This document shows positions 45,268 through 57,464 of a DNA stretch of 64,000 nt, in pieces. Within the stretch, counting starts at the first letter, position 1. Each line of letters starts with the position of its first letter. The notes under the pieces are model-generated. The model made no database searches. It was not told the origin of the DNA and saw nothing but the letters and a program-made list of their open reading frames with translations. This DNA is from Takakia lepidozioides (Eukaryota > Plantae > Bryophyta): the NCBI GenBank assembly GCA_030704615.1, contig CM060732.1, forward strand, positions 66,216,001-66,280,000, given 5' to 3'. Position numbers and translations under genes: made by a program.

Positions 45268-47247
45268 ATGCTGGGGCTTGGAGCGGTGCTCACACAGGTG
45301 GATGATGAGGGAAGAGAGTTCGTAGTGGCTTATGCTAGCCGCTCGAACAATGCTGCAGAGTCTAAGTATAGCTCATATGAGGGAGAATGCTTAGCTGCAG
45401 TGTGGGTCGTGGCACACTTCAGGTGCTATCTATACGGCAATCTCTTCACCCTTATCACGGATCACCAACCACTCAAGTGGTTGATGGAGTCAGACAAGCT
45501 TACGGGGAAGCTTGCACGGTGGGCACTCATCCTTCAAGAGTATGACTTTCAGGTGGTGCATCGACCGGGTTTGGTCAATCGCAATGCAAATGGGTTGAGT
45601 CGCAATCCATGCACGAGCCAGCAGGATGACACTGGAGCTCGGTGGCATGGTGAGACGGACGAGGAGATGGTGCCCGGATGGCATGCATCTGCATTTCTGT
45701 GTATCTTGGCAGCGGAAGGCCAGGTTGGACCTGCAACAGGGATGACTGTACATCAAGTGTCTAAGGACCCTGAGGCCAGCAATGAGCAAGGTGGCGCCAA
45801 AGATATACATGAGGATTCAGTTGTGTTGGACTACCTCCGCACTAGAGACAATGCAGCCACTGTGACTGCCAAAGAGAGGGATCGGATCCTACAACGAGCC
45901 AAGAGGTTCAAGTGGGAGGGGACACACCTGCTCCGAGTGTGGGAGGATGGTCGAGTGAGGATTGTGCCTCACCCAACACAGCGGGCACGGTTAGTGCGAC
46001 ATGCCCATGATGAGTTGGGGCATTTTGGGGTGCGACGCACTCATAGTCTACTACAGGGGCAGTATTGGTGGCGTGGTATGCACACAGAGGTGCAACAATT
46101 TGTGGCTAGGTGCATGGTGTGTGACAGGGTGCGTGCTTCATTCAACGCCCCTACTCCACAATTGCACCCTCTTCCGATCATGGGATTGGGCTACAAGTGG
46201 AGTCTTGACTTCGCAGGGCCGTTGCCACTGACCATGCGTCACAACAAGTACGTGTTGGTGATGGTGGAGCATTTTTCCAAGTGGATTGAGTTGGTTCCAT
46301 TGCCTGATAAGGCTAGTGAGGGAGCTGCATATGCATTCTTGGATTGTGTGCTTAGCCGATTCGGTGCTCCAGCTGAGGTACTCACGGACCAAGGGAGAGA
46401 GTTCTTGGGGGAGTTTCAGGCTTTGTGTGACAAGGCCTTGATAGACCACCGCACCACTTCTCGGGATCATCCTGAGGCCGATGGCTTGGCAGAGAGAGTT
46501 GTTCAGACAGTAAAGAGGGGTTTGCGCAAGTATGGCTTGCAGAAGGGACACCTAGGAGATTGGGACCTTCAATTACCCTGGTTAGCCATGGGCTACAGGT
46601 TCAGCAAGCAAGCATCACTTGCCTCCTTCTCACCATACTTTCTTCTCTTTGACCGAGAGCCGGATTTGCCTACATCCATTCGCAGAGAAGCTGCTACAGT
46701 TCTTAACCTTGACGATCCGGACGTGTGGGCACGTGCATGTGAGCAACGTGCAGAGTTGTTCAAGAAAGTCATGCCCATGGCTTTCGAGAACCTTGCCATT
46801 GCACAACACCGTGATACGTTGAGGTATGCGCCCATACGTGATGGGGGCTATCGTCCTGGGGTTCGGAGATTCAACCCTGGTGACTATGTCTATCTACAGC
46901 AGATTGCTCCTACGACTTTGGATGTGACTGCAGGACGTGTTATTTTGAGGGTTCGAGAGGTCTTGCCCTCAGGCGTCTTGGTCTTGGAGGGTCGGGATGG
47001 CATAACTTGGAAGGACCATGTGCGTAATTGTGCGCCATGTCACCTTCCGAATGTCGATGGCAGGATAGACCCAAACTTGGCAGTGGTATCTGCAGGTTTG
47101 AGGTGCATGTTGTGTGGGTCTGTTAGAGGGGCAGCCACCATGCTGGTGTGTGATCGATGCTCTAGGGGTTGGCATATGGGATGCTTGACTCCACCTCTTG
47201 AGATGGTTCCGGATGGGGATTGGTTATGTCCACATTGCATTGGATAG
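45268..47247 (+). CDS. RNase H + integrase (HHCC, DDE) + C-terminal PHD finger
   Basis: VAYASR…TDHQPLKW; HDELGH…CMVC; SLDFAG, TDQGREF, GLAER; C4HC3 CMLC…CDRCSRGWHMGC…WLCPHC at 47104-47238. Confidence 0.95.
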   Translation: MLGLGAVLTQVDDEGREFVVAYASRSNNAAESKYSSYEGECLAAVWVVAHFRCYLYGNLFTLITDHQPLKWLMESDKLTGKLARWALILQEYDFQVVHRPGLVNRNANGLSRNPCTSQQDDTGARWHGETDEEMVPGWHASAFLCILAAEGQVGPATGMTVHQVSKDPEASNEQGGAKDIHEDSVVLDYLRTRDNAATVTAKERDRILQRAKRFKWEGTHLLRVWEDGRVRIVPHPTQRARLVRHAHDELGHFGVRRTHSLLQGQYWWRGMHTEVQQFVARCMVCDRVRASFNAPTPQLHPLPIMGLGYKWSLDFAGPLPLTMRHNKYVLVMVEHFSKWIELVPLPDKASEGAAYAFLDCVLSRFGAPAEVLTDQGREFLGEFQALCDKALIDHRTTSRDHPEADGLAERVVQTVKRGLRKYGLQKGHLGDWDLQLPWLAMGYRFSKQASLASFSPYFLLFDREPDLPTSIRREAATVLNLDDPDVWARACEQRAELFKKVMPMAFENLAIAQHRDTLRYAPIRDGGYRPGVRRFNPGDYVYLQQIAPTTLDVTAGRVILRVREVLPSGVLVLEGRDGITWKDHVRNCAPCHLPNVDGRIDPNLAVVSAGLRCMLCGSVRGAATMLVCDRCSRGWHMGCLTPPLEMVPDGDWLCPHCIG

Positions 47248-48278
47248 TGGGAGTGGATACAACCATGGAAGGCTAACAAGAAACGCAAGGCCCAGCTACT
47301 AGGAGACCTTGAACATACAAGGTCCTGGCTCAAGTTCACAGATTGCAAGACGGCGACTAACGATGGGGCTACTTTTGTACCCGGCTTCTTGGTCTATAGG
47401 GTTTTAGTGCAATAGGGACAGTGATAGAGGACTTAGTACAGCTGTGGCTATTACATCTTGTAGCTATCTAGAGGTAGAGAGACCTATCCACCAGTTAGGG
47501 GGACGATTGTGGCAGACTACTTTATTGTGCATATATGTGTGATGTGGTTTGGGCAGCGATGTAATTATGTAGCAATATGTATGCGCACGACACACTTGTC
47601 CAGAGTTTGTGAGTTACTGTCTGCAATTCTTGTGTCTGATGCTCCATATCATTAGTTTTGCACATTTGCATAACATCAAAACTGAAGAGCATCATCTGTG
47701 ACTAGAAACTTCAGAATAGTTTGCCACAAACAAGTGAAGTTTGCTCCAGGGTTCTGTCTGCCTGTAACTAATCAGCACATCATGATTTATGAAATCAGCT
47801 TGGTATCTTCAGCAGACATCCCATAGCTGAAGCTGATGCATCAGTAACAACAATATACATCAGCTAGCCTCCAGCCACAGGTGGGCACGAGATACAAGAT
47901 GGCCAGATTGTGAACTGGAAGTGGACATGACAACAGAGTCAACCGTTACATTAACAAACTCAGAAACCCAGTAACCTTTCAATGCAGACCTCCAAGGGTT
48001 TCAGTATAAATTGAGATAAGCATTATCCTGAAAAGTATTGCATAGTCCGGATATTGGAACAAAACTTGAAGTGAGTGCTATAAACTCATCATCCACATGC
48101 AATCGTCCGACCAAGACTCCAAATCTCCCGGGCAGCTGTCCTTCCCTCTTTCTACACGCGCTAGTTGTCACGGACAGCTATCCCAGGCAGGTGTCATTTG
48201 TAATCAAGTAATTGAGGTCCCTCATAATCCAGCTCTTAGCAATGGTTAAGAACTAGAATCAATCGTCACCATCTCCAT

Positions 48279-51200
48279 TTACATGGTCATACCTGGCACT
48301 TGGGGAACCAGGGGTGCCTTCTTCTTGGCCTTTTCTACAACTATAGCTTGCGTTGTGAGCACCATTCCTGCAACCGAGGCAGCATTCTGAAGGGCACATC
48401 TGGTTACCTTAGCAGGGTCAATAACCCCTGACCGCAGGAGATTCTCATATCGATCTTCCATGGCATTGTACCCAATCTCCCACTCGTTCTCCAAAATCTT
48501 CTCCACTACTACCGCACCTTCCACACCTGCATTATTTGCTATTAAAGCTGTTGGCGACAGTAGAGCCTGCATCCATTACACCCACAGTTAGGATGATAGG
48601 CACACACCGTCTGTCTGATTCTTCAATGAACATTGATCAAAGCCTCTTGACACAACTGACCTATTGTGCACACACACAGGGCATCACGTCCAATATGAGT
48701 ACTGAACTTGACACATCAAATCAATTGAGTTTACACGAGAGGTGTCATTAAGTTGTTACTTTCTGTACAATGTCAGCTCCCAGCTTCTCTTCAGCATCCT
48801 GAATAGTCTCCTTGATTGCGGGTACACATGACGACAGGTGCACCAATGCAGCACCTCCACCTGGCACAATACCCTCCTCAATAGCAGCAAATGTAGCATT
48901 CTTGGCATCTTCTATTCTCAGCTTTCGATCCTCCAGTTCAGTCTCTGTTGCAGCTCCAACCTGCACCGCAGCAACATCATGACTTGTTACCTAGCATAAT
49001 CAGTCTTTGAAAAAATTGTCATGATGAGTGAAACTTCTAGCTGTCTCATGCAGAACAATGGAGACATGCATCCCAGAATGACAGACACTGGAAATATATT
49101 GAGACCCGATAAAGTACAGCCAGTACAGCCAACTGATCCGCAACACAAAAACAGACATGTGCTATTTCAACTCTTTGACCCTATGGGCGGCCTACATATA
49201 CCAGTATATATGCAGGCAAAGGACTTGGAAGACACAGCAAACAGTTGCCAACACATCCCAACACCCTGGGCGTTTTACATAGCCTCACATCTCTCCTGTC
49301 CATATCTACAAGAATTCCTACCTTGATTACAGCAACTCCTCCTGACAGCTTGGCGATGCGCTCAGACAACTTTTCAGTATCATAGACAGAATCGGTCTCA
49401 GTCAGCTCTTTCTTGATCTGAGCAATTCGAGCCTGGATTTCATCCTTGGTAGCCATGTCTGCAATGATGGTGGTGGAGCTGTTGGTGATGGTCACTTTTC
49501 TAGCAATCCCTAGCTGGTCCACTGTTGTGTTCTCTGTCTTCAAGCCCAAGTCATTGGCAATGAACTCAGCACCTACAACCATCCAAAGGGACAATTAGCT
49601 CACATTCACCTGCACATTGACACAATTAGCTCGACAATTTATCCATCGCTGCAGGAGTCAAGCCCATCAATAGTAACAGGGACAACTGTGGAACTGTAAA
49701 CTAGCATGAAATTAAGCCGTGGAAACAAAGCACCTGTAAGGATAGCAATATCCTGGAGAAGGGCCTTGCGGCGCTTGCCGAACCCAGGGGCCTTGATGGC
49801 AGCCACTTGCAGTACTCCCCGCAGTTTGTTCACAACCAGTGTAGCCAGTGCCTCACCAGACACATCCTCAGCAACGATGAGAAGGGGTGCTTTCAGCTCT
49901 GTAGTTTTCTCAAGCACTGGGATGATATCTTTGATGGTTGTGATCTTCTGGTCAGTGACCAACACCTTCACATTCTCAAACTCTACTACCAGCTTCTCCT
50001 GGTTTGTCACAAATTGAGGTGAAATGTAACCCCTGTCAATCTGCAACAAGTATTGCAATATGTCAGTATCATTTGCTGCTACACACACCTCTACTTAGCA
50101 GTTTCTTGACACAGGTTGCGCTGAGCATGATAAATAGGCTAAGTGTCATCATCAGCTCCAGCAGCAATTACTCCGTTAAGCATCCCAAGACCAATATCAA
50201 ACGGGTATGTCCAGCTCAATATTGAAGTTATTGGAACCAACCAAGAACTTTTGCTGAGCCTCATCCATATTTTGGGAGAGTGAAAAACATTGAAGTGGTG
50301 CTTACCTCCATTCCCTCCTCGACCTGAACTGTAGTCTCGAAAGAAGAGGACAACTCGATTGATAGAACACCATCAGGTCCAACCTTGTCAATAGCATCCG
50401 CTATCATGGTGCCCACAAACTCATCATTTCCAGCAGAGATTGATGCCACAGCTGCACAAGCAAATGGCCTGTTTCAGATGCTACTTGTAGATCTTCAGAA
50501 GCACCACAACGCCAGAATAGCAGCTCCTACTATGGTCAAAATATTTGTAATTCTTACTTGTGTGACTAGCAGTCAACCTCTAAACACTGACTGAGTTTGT
50601 CGGGCCAGTACCCAATACTGGTGGACATCTTTTGGCCATCCAACTAGCCTAACACTATCTCTTTACTAAAAAACCACCCTGAAAAAAACCCAGAGCGACG
50701 GACAGATGCCTTCCCCATGCATGTCATTTAAATGGTCAATGCAGGGCTATAAAACTAAAATCATTAACTCTGTAACCAACTTGTCAAGTTTGCATGCGGA
50801 CAAGTGCCTCTGTCAGTGCCTTAATGGCAGTTAACAAAAATAAGTTTATACCTGCACCTGAGCTGTGCAGATAAGCTAAACCCCGGTGGGGTCGATAGCC
50901 AATGTTCACAGGGAACAGCATGAGTACATTCTTACCTAACAAACCAGGCTAGGCGCCAGATATGTGGGTTTTTGGCCCAGTTCCAAAACCATGGCATGGG
51001 CAGGACATGCCTAATGGCATTTGCAAATTCCATCATTTTAAAAAACTTGGCTAATGGAACCCCAGACAGGGTCGTTCGGTCAACACTATGAAGATACATA
51101 TAGGTGAACACGACTTCAGGAATATGTGGCGTCTACTTCACCTGTGCCACAGATATTGCAGGACATACAAGCTGCCCAAAATGTAACCCTAATGTGCACA

Positions 51201-53942
51201 CTAATATTCTGTGCAGCCCTGACATCCTTAAGTGCAAAAGCAACAGCACATGCTTGTCCCTTACAATGGTCAAGGTCAAAACTGTCACCTAATGTGCCAC
51301 GCTAGTGTTGTTTGCAGCCCTGACACCCTTGAGTGCGAAAGTAGTGGCACGGTGACTTTGATCAACACTACACATCAGTAACTTCCCTCTCCCTTTACAC
51401 TGGTCGATGTAACCTTTCCCCAACTGTCTTCGCTCTTTCCATAATCCCCCTTGAGTAGTTGGCCAGCTTTTGAATGAATACCTTTAATATCCTCCCGGCC
51501 TTGTACAGGCCGAGATTTCCTCTTCAACTCCTCAATGAGGCCTGCGACAGTCTTATCCATTCCCTTCTTCACTGCTACAGGGTTGGCCCCTGAGGTGACA
51601 TTCAGAAGCCCCAGCATTATAAGTTCTCTTGCTAGGACACAGGCTGTGGTTGTCCCATCACCTGCAGAGTCATTTGTCTTGCTGGCCACCTGTATGTGTC
51701 CATCATTTAGAGAATGGCACGAAGTCCTGACACCTTAATTGACACCCTAACACCCTAACACCTTAATTGACTCCTACATGTGACAACTCACCTATTAGGG
51801 CTTCTGTAGGGTTGTGTCAAAGAGTCTCCCACCTTCAAGGGGAAGGAGTTTCCTCAGAAATTTACAGACTGCAGGAAATGTTAAGAAAGTCCATAGGGAA
51901 TGCATGAAATGAATGCCTCATGAGTTAAGTTATCACTAGCAAAATTGAGGCTGTACACTGACTGCTGGTCCACATCCCAAGCACATGCTTGAATGAAAAG
52001 CTTGATCTTGAACTCAGTGTCTTGTCCTTACAAAGGGGACTGATCAGCATGTGCATTATCGAAGGTGGCCAAAAACATCATACAGGTCATGAAATAAAGC
52101 ACATTGCTACATCTAGGAGCTTCCAAAGAAACAGCTCACCTCTCGAATGAGAGATGCCCCGGCATTCTCCATGGCATCAGGCAAATCAATAGCACGGGCG
52201 ATTGTGACACCGTCATTGATCACTTTGGGTGCACCAAACTCATCCAGCACCACATTGCGACCTGAACCCACCAGCTACGCTTTAGTTGTGTACCCCTCAA
52301 ACATATGGCTGGGTAGCCACTGGAATACCACGTCTTCGCGAAAACTTGACTTGATCCTGAAACCCTTCTTAGACCCTCACACCAGCATGACCAATCACAT
52401 TACAGGCCACATGAACAACTCAACGAGCGTACTATAATGACGTCCAACAAAATCATCAGCTTGGAGGCTGGGAGCAAAAGCAAGAACATGCCTCCAAACA
52501 ACCATGACTGACTCCCTCTAACAGACTCAGAAGTAACTGCAAAGATATGCAGCAGAACCCACAAAAATTCTTTACCCAAAACCCCAGCAGTATGACTCCC
52601 TATGCACTGCAGCAAGATTCCTGCTTCAGTGATTTATAATAGCTTCTCTGTACATGTCAGTTTCCCACACTAATCGATCAGTATCTATTTACATCAACAA
52701 CTGAGTGAAAAATAGCAGCATCTACCCCAAATCCCAGGCTTTTGTACCAAGATTAGACATCATTTGTACTCGGATGGCCGCATATCCACACTACAAAACA
52801 CAATAGCGTACCTCGAGGACCCAGTGTGACACCAACAGCATCTGCCAATTTGTCAATTCCTGCTTGAAGAGATTCACGCGACTTCTGGTCAAAAGCAATT
52901 TCCTTGGCATTAGCTCTCACCAAAACTCTTCCTTTGTTTCCTCTATGTCCAGCTACCTGGCTGAGCACCCGGCCTGGATGCGGATTTTGTTCTTGCCAGA
53001 ACCCTGCCACACTCCTGCCTGACTTCAGCTGCATCAATATCCATCCACACGAAAGTATGAGATGAGACTGCACCCATGATCTACAAAGATATTGTCTGGT
53101 AACAGTGTTAACTGCAAAACCATATATAGAAACATGCCAGTATCATGTTGATGTGGTATGAAACTGCAGTCCACGGAGGGGACCAACCTAACCCAACAGG
53201 CAAACGAGGTGTCAAACATGCAAAAACCATTATAACTGCAGCTCAGAGAAGGTAAAATGTGTGCTTGCATGAGGCAGTGGCACTCAAGTCTTCAGGACTT
53301 TTGAATCTCTAGAATCCATACTGTAATAGAGCCAAAACAAACTCAGAATACCGGACCTGCACAAACCAGTTGCGACCTACCATTTCACCACATACACAAA
53401 ATTCTGAACAATTCTCAGGAATACAGCCTTCCATACATTTGGACCATTGAGCGGATAGAAATCCACCCTGATCCAGATAACCCCCTTGTAAACTGATATT
53501 TCATGGAGAGAGTTGTAAGGAGATGAAGGATAAGGATGTTTCTGGCAATTACAATGCCATTTCTAACATAGGTACTACAAAGACAAAATATCCAGAAAAC
53601 ATGAATGTGCCATTCAGACTTCCGGATCCTTCGTTCTCAGAAATGAGTATCAAATGAGGCATGCTCGTTTAATGGCATCACAAGGGGCGGGGGGGGTCCA
53701 GTGCACGATCTCCATACTAAAGAAAGATACAATCGACCGAATGCTTTGCCCCTAAACCTTCTTTCAACACAATGTACCCAACAAATGCTAAAACAGTGTG
53801 CATAAACACTGTAGAACGACAACTAAGAAACAGGCTCACACAGAACCAAGAAACTCACGGATGATGAAGAAGCCCCGCACGAAGGCACAGCGAGCGATGG
53901 AGAAGCCAGGGCTCCATTCGCCAACATTGCATCGGCCGCCAT
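48279..53942 (-). CDS. CPN60A: Chloroplast chaperonin 60 alpha subunit, 9 exons, ~607 aa
   Basis: Exons 53942-53859, 53028-52812, 52261-52140, 51689-51482, 50451-50306, 50040-49734, 49572-49322, 48960-48760 and 48566-48279, all GT-AG and phase-consistent. Motifs [38 protein letters not shown] and GIVPGGG. N-terminal transit peptide. Confidence 0.96.
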
Positions 53943-55057
53943 AACTTCCACTCAACCGCTGCTTCGAACTCTACAGCTCAGCGATCCGTGGCGAGAAACA
54001 GAAACTCAGGCAATCAGAACGTACCCAAATCGACTCTCACAAGACCATCCTCCTCCCAAGGTCAATCAAAACTTCACCCGCAAGTTCTCGCGGATTCTAT
54101 ACTCGAACAACGATAAAACAGAGGCGAAGAGGAATCTCTCGAAGTCTCAGGACGCCTCTGCACATACACATACATGCATCCATCATGTATGCCAACCATG
54201 CAAACGAAGCTCCTAGAACTCTGCCTTATCTCCAAAGCTTCTACAAAAAAAGTGAGTGAAAGTGCGCCGAACCCGGCCTGTCTTTATTTTTTCTTGCTGT
54301 GGATCCATCTAGAACGTGTTTCCGATTCCACGGCACGACATGAAATTCTCTCTGACCATGGCTTTTTCGTGTTGAGTGTAGTAGGTACGTGATGGAAGAA
54401 CCCCATGCTGATGAGTGGGAAAGAAACGGCAAGCCAAAAATATATAGAGATCTCGTTTTGGTTTAGCTAGCGCCAAAACCTTGCAGATTAGGCCCCACAC
54501 ATACAGGGAAAGAATAGTCTCGTATCAAAAACACACGCCATCAGTCAGCAGATCGATAGGTGCCTCAATCAAACTCGTGTGTGGGATCACTATGTTCACC
54601 ATCGGAAGAGGAATTGATGTTCTCAATCTCTAGACAGTACTTACTGAATCCACCTTTGGAAGAGAAGTGCTACTATCAAACTGGAGAGTCCTGAATTCAG
54701 ATATTCGTCAACAATCTTTAGACAGCAGAGGATTGAGAAAGAAACAGCTGCCCTGATCAGCCCTAGTACTTATTGGCTTTTGCACAAGGGAGTCTGTGAA
54801 GTTCGTAGTTGAGGATGTTCTCTAACATAGCACAAATGCTTGCTTCTGTCATTCCATCACTGTTCAGACAACGAAAGAGCCCATTCCTCCATTCTTTACT
54901 GAATTTTTACTGCTATCACCAATACAGTACTGCAATGTCAAGTTTTAATTTGAGCATACAGATCAGGCCCCAATGTGGAGTTCTTCAAACACACCTGACA
55001 GAATTGAGATAGTAGGTGGATCTTTGTGGAGCAACTTTTGATATACAAACAAAGTGG

Positions 55058-56180
55058 CTAAAACCTGACCCAACAACGTGTGCACTCGCCCATACAGTCA
55101 CCCTTGCAATCCACATTGTAACCAAGTACATGTGGGTTTCGCAATATCAAATTCTTCAATGTGGTTCCATTGATTCCCCATGAAGAATCTAGGAGAGTCA
55201 CATTCTCTCTGATTTCACCCTCAATAAGGCCAACAGCCTCAGGGAACTGCTTTACAACAGCAGCAAGATCTGCCTCCGAGACACCAAGCTCCCTCAAGTA
55301 AACCAGAGTGCCCAACACGGCCTCTGGCTCTGGCAAGCTTGCCACTTTTTCCTCCCCCCAATAGCTTGAGGAGGAACATCCAAACCCTTTAGCCAAAATG
55401 GTGTCAGCTTCTTCCGTGGTGAACCCTAAACCTTCTACATGTTTGCGTGCAATTTGCCACTGTTCAAGCTCCATTTCGTTGAAGCGCTTGGTCAAAGAGC
55501 TTGCTGGGGTACCAACAGTGCTTGCTTGGATGGAGGCACATGACCTTGCCCTTCGTTGAGATGGTCTGTGCGGATAGACGGATGTTCTTTCTAATTGCAA
55601 TTGTCTTGATAAAGAACTACTTTTGCTGAAAGCAATGATGACTCCATGTCCCAAGATTTCCACCCAAAGAGTCTGATTGAATTAGGAGGCAATTAGTTAG
55701 TAAGAGGCAATCTCTGGAAACAAAAACCCAAAAGATTCCCCACACAAGAATGAGGGCTTTGATGAGAGACTAGTGTTGTATTCAGACAAAAATTGAATGT
55801 ATCAGTCCATGTGGCAAATAGCAGATTACCTTTGATTCCACAAAAACTATCAAGGTGATCTAGCAAAACTACTGGAGATGAATAACATTTGAACAAAGTC
55901 ATGATGTCATGAACTAAAATGCAGTATCCTCCTGCCATAAAAAGTAGTTGTATTGCAAATCTCTTAATTTAGCCAGCAAGCATTTTATCAAGGACGCACC
56001 CTGATTAGGGTAGAGTGGTGACTGCAGCTGCAGAGTTGGAGACCCTGGATCTCTTAGTGTTGAAGAAAAACGTACTCTGTTATGAGCTTGTGTAGATTTC
56101 CAACAGTCTATTGTTTGGAGCCTCCCAGGCGCCAGCATTTGAAGATGGGCAGCTGCTGGCATGTTCCCCACCTTTTGCAT
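55058..56180 (-). CDS. mTERF-family protein (mTERF12/At4g09620-like)
   Basis: Main exon 55672-55058 has YWGEEK, mTERF-like helices (VVKQFPEAVG, LILRNPHVLGY) and the C-terminus VDCKGDCMGECTRCWVRF. A tentative first coding exon is 56180-56076 (phase 0). Confidence 0.75.
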
Positions 56181-57464
56181 ACCTGTAGAGAATCCATGAC
56201 AATCTCAGATTGCGGTTCTGAAGAACAGAAGACTCTTGCCATTCTGGACGACATGCAACAACTTCACGAAACTTAAATGTCTTGAATCGTCCATCTTTCA
56301 CTAAGAGGAATGCACATGCACCCGCCCAAGGATCGAACGCACAGTTTGCCGGAAGTATTCGGGATTCCAGTTCAACTGTTCTTACAGAGACGTCCGCTCC
56401 CATCCATAAATTATATGGAGACGCATGTACTAAAGCAATGGAAACAAATCCAGATTAGTTTGAATCTGGCTTGCAAGCTGCCAGGCTTCGACAAACCAAG
56501 AGGGTATATTCAACTGCATGAAACTTGCAGAAATAAACTCAAGAACGAACTTCAAACAGTGTAACTCAATTCAGAAAGACAACCAGATCTCAACAACCCA
56601 ATTACTAGCTACTCATCAGTTTGGTAGGAAATCCCAGACGGCATGCATTCCACCACCACCAGACTACATGTGCCCAAGGCGGAGCATCAGAAACAGGTGT
56701 TGATGCATACTTGATTCAGAAACCGGATGTTTTATGGCAATCTTCACTCTTCTGCTTGCTCCCCTCCATCTTGGAGACCAGGAGAACGAGCGGCCAGCAG
56801 CAGCTGAGGTGGATGCTGACGGCCCCCATAATTGGGAACCCCTCTGGGAACACGAAAAGATATGTAACAAGATTATGGGAACTCTTGAAGGCTAGGCTAC
56901 CTACTGTGGCATTTAAATTTGGATTACGAAACTATTTGTTGTGATGCTGTGACCACAGTGTGGAAATGCCCACATCTCGTCTGTTGCGAAGGATTCCCGA
57001 ATGTCGAGACGCACGAGATGATCCCTTGCCCTTCTCGCACAGAGCGACAATACTGCATAGAAAGAGGGAGAGTGGGGAGGCGCTTGCTGCATTTGGGAGA
57101 GGGAGACAGAAAGGAATCAGAGTGAGAGACTGTTGGGAGACTGGCATTTTGCGAGGTGTTGGGGATTATTGAGGTGAACAGTGGCGTTTGAGATCAGTTA
57201 GTTCACATAGGTCGCGTTTGTTGGGTTTGTGTAATTTCCTTGTCTTTGTGGGCTCATTTGTACTTGAGGAGGGTTCTGAGTGTGTTCTTGTGTGCGGAAG
57301 TTGTATTCAGCTATTGATTTCAGATTTGAAGTACTTGGAAGGAGAAGTATTCCAATGTACCCAATTTCAAGGAAGGAAGTATATCTTCCAAGCTGTGAAG
57401 ATTGCTATTAACTTCTTTGCGATTGAACGCAACATACTGAGTTACAATCTGCTATACAAGAGCA

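Larger units (their letters stand above)
38630..47592 (+). mobile_element. Ty3/Gypsy retrotransposon: extra ORF, gag, PR, DNMT, RT, RH, IN, PHD
   Basis: Domain order read from the translations. PPT-like AGGGGGACGA (47497-47506) is followed by TG at 47508. No matching 5' LTR was found, so both boundaries are uncertain. Confidence 0.9.

Noticed and set aside
47508-47592. Complete LTR pair for the DNMT-Gypsy
   Set aside because: A PPT followed by TG…CA is present, but I found no matching upstream copy, PBS or TSD by eye.
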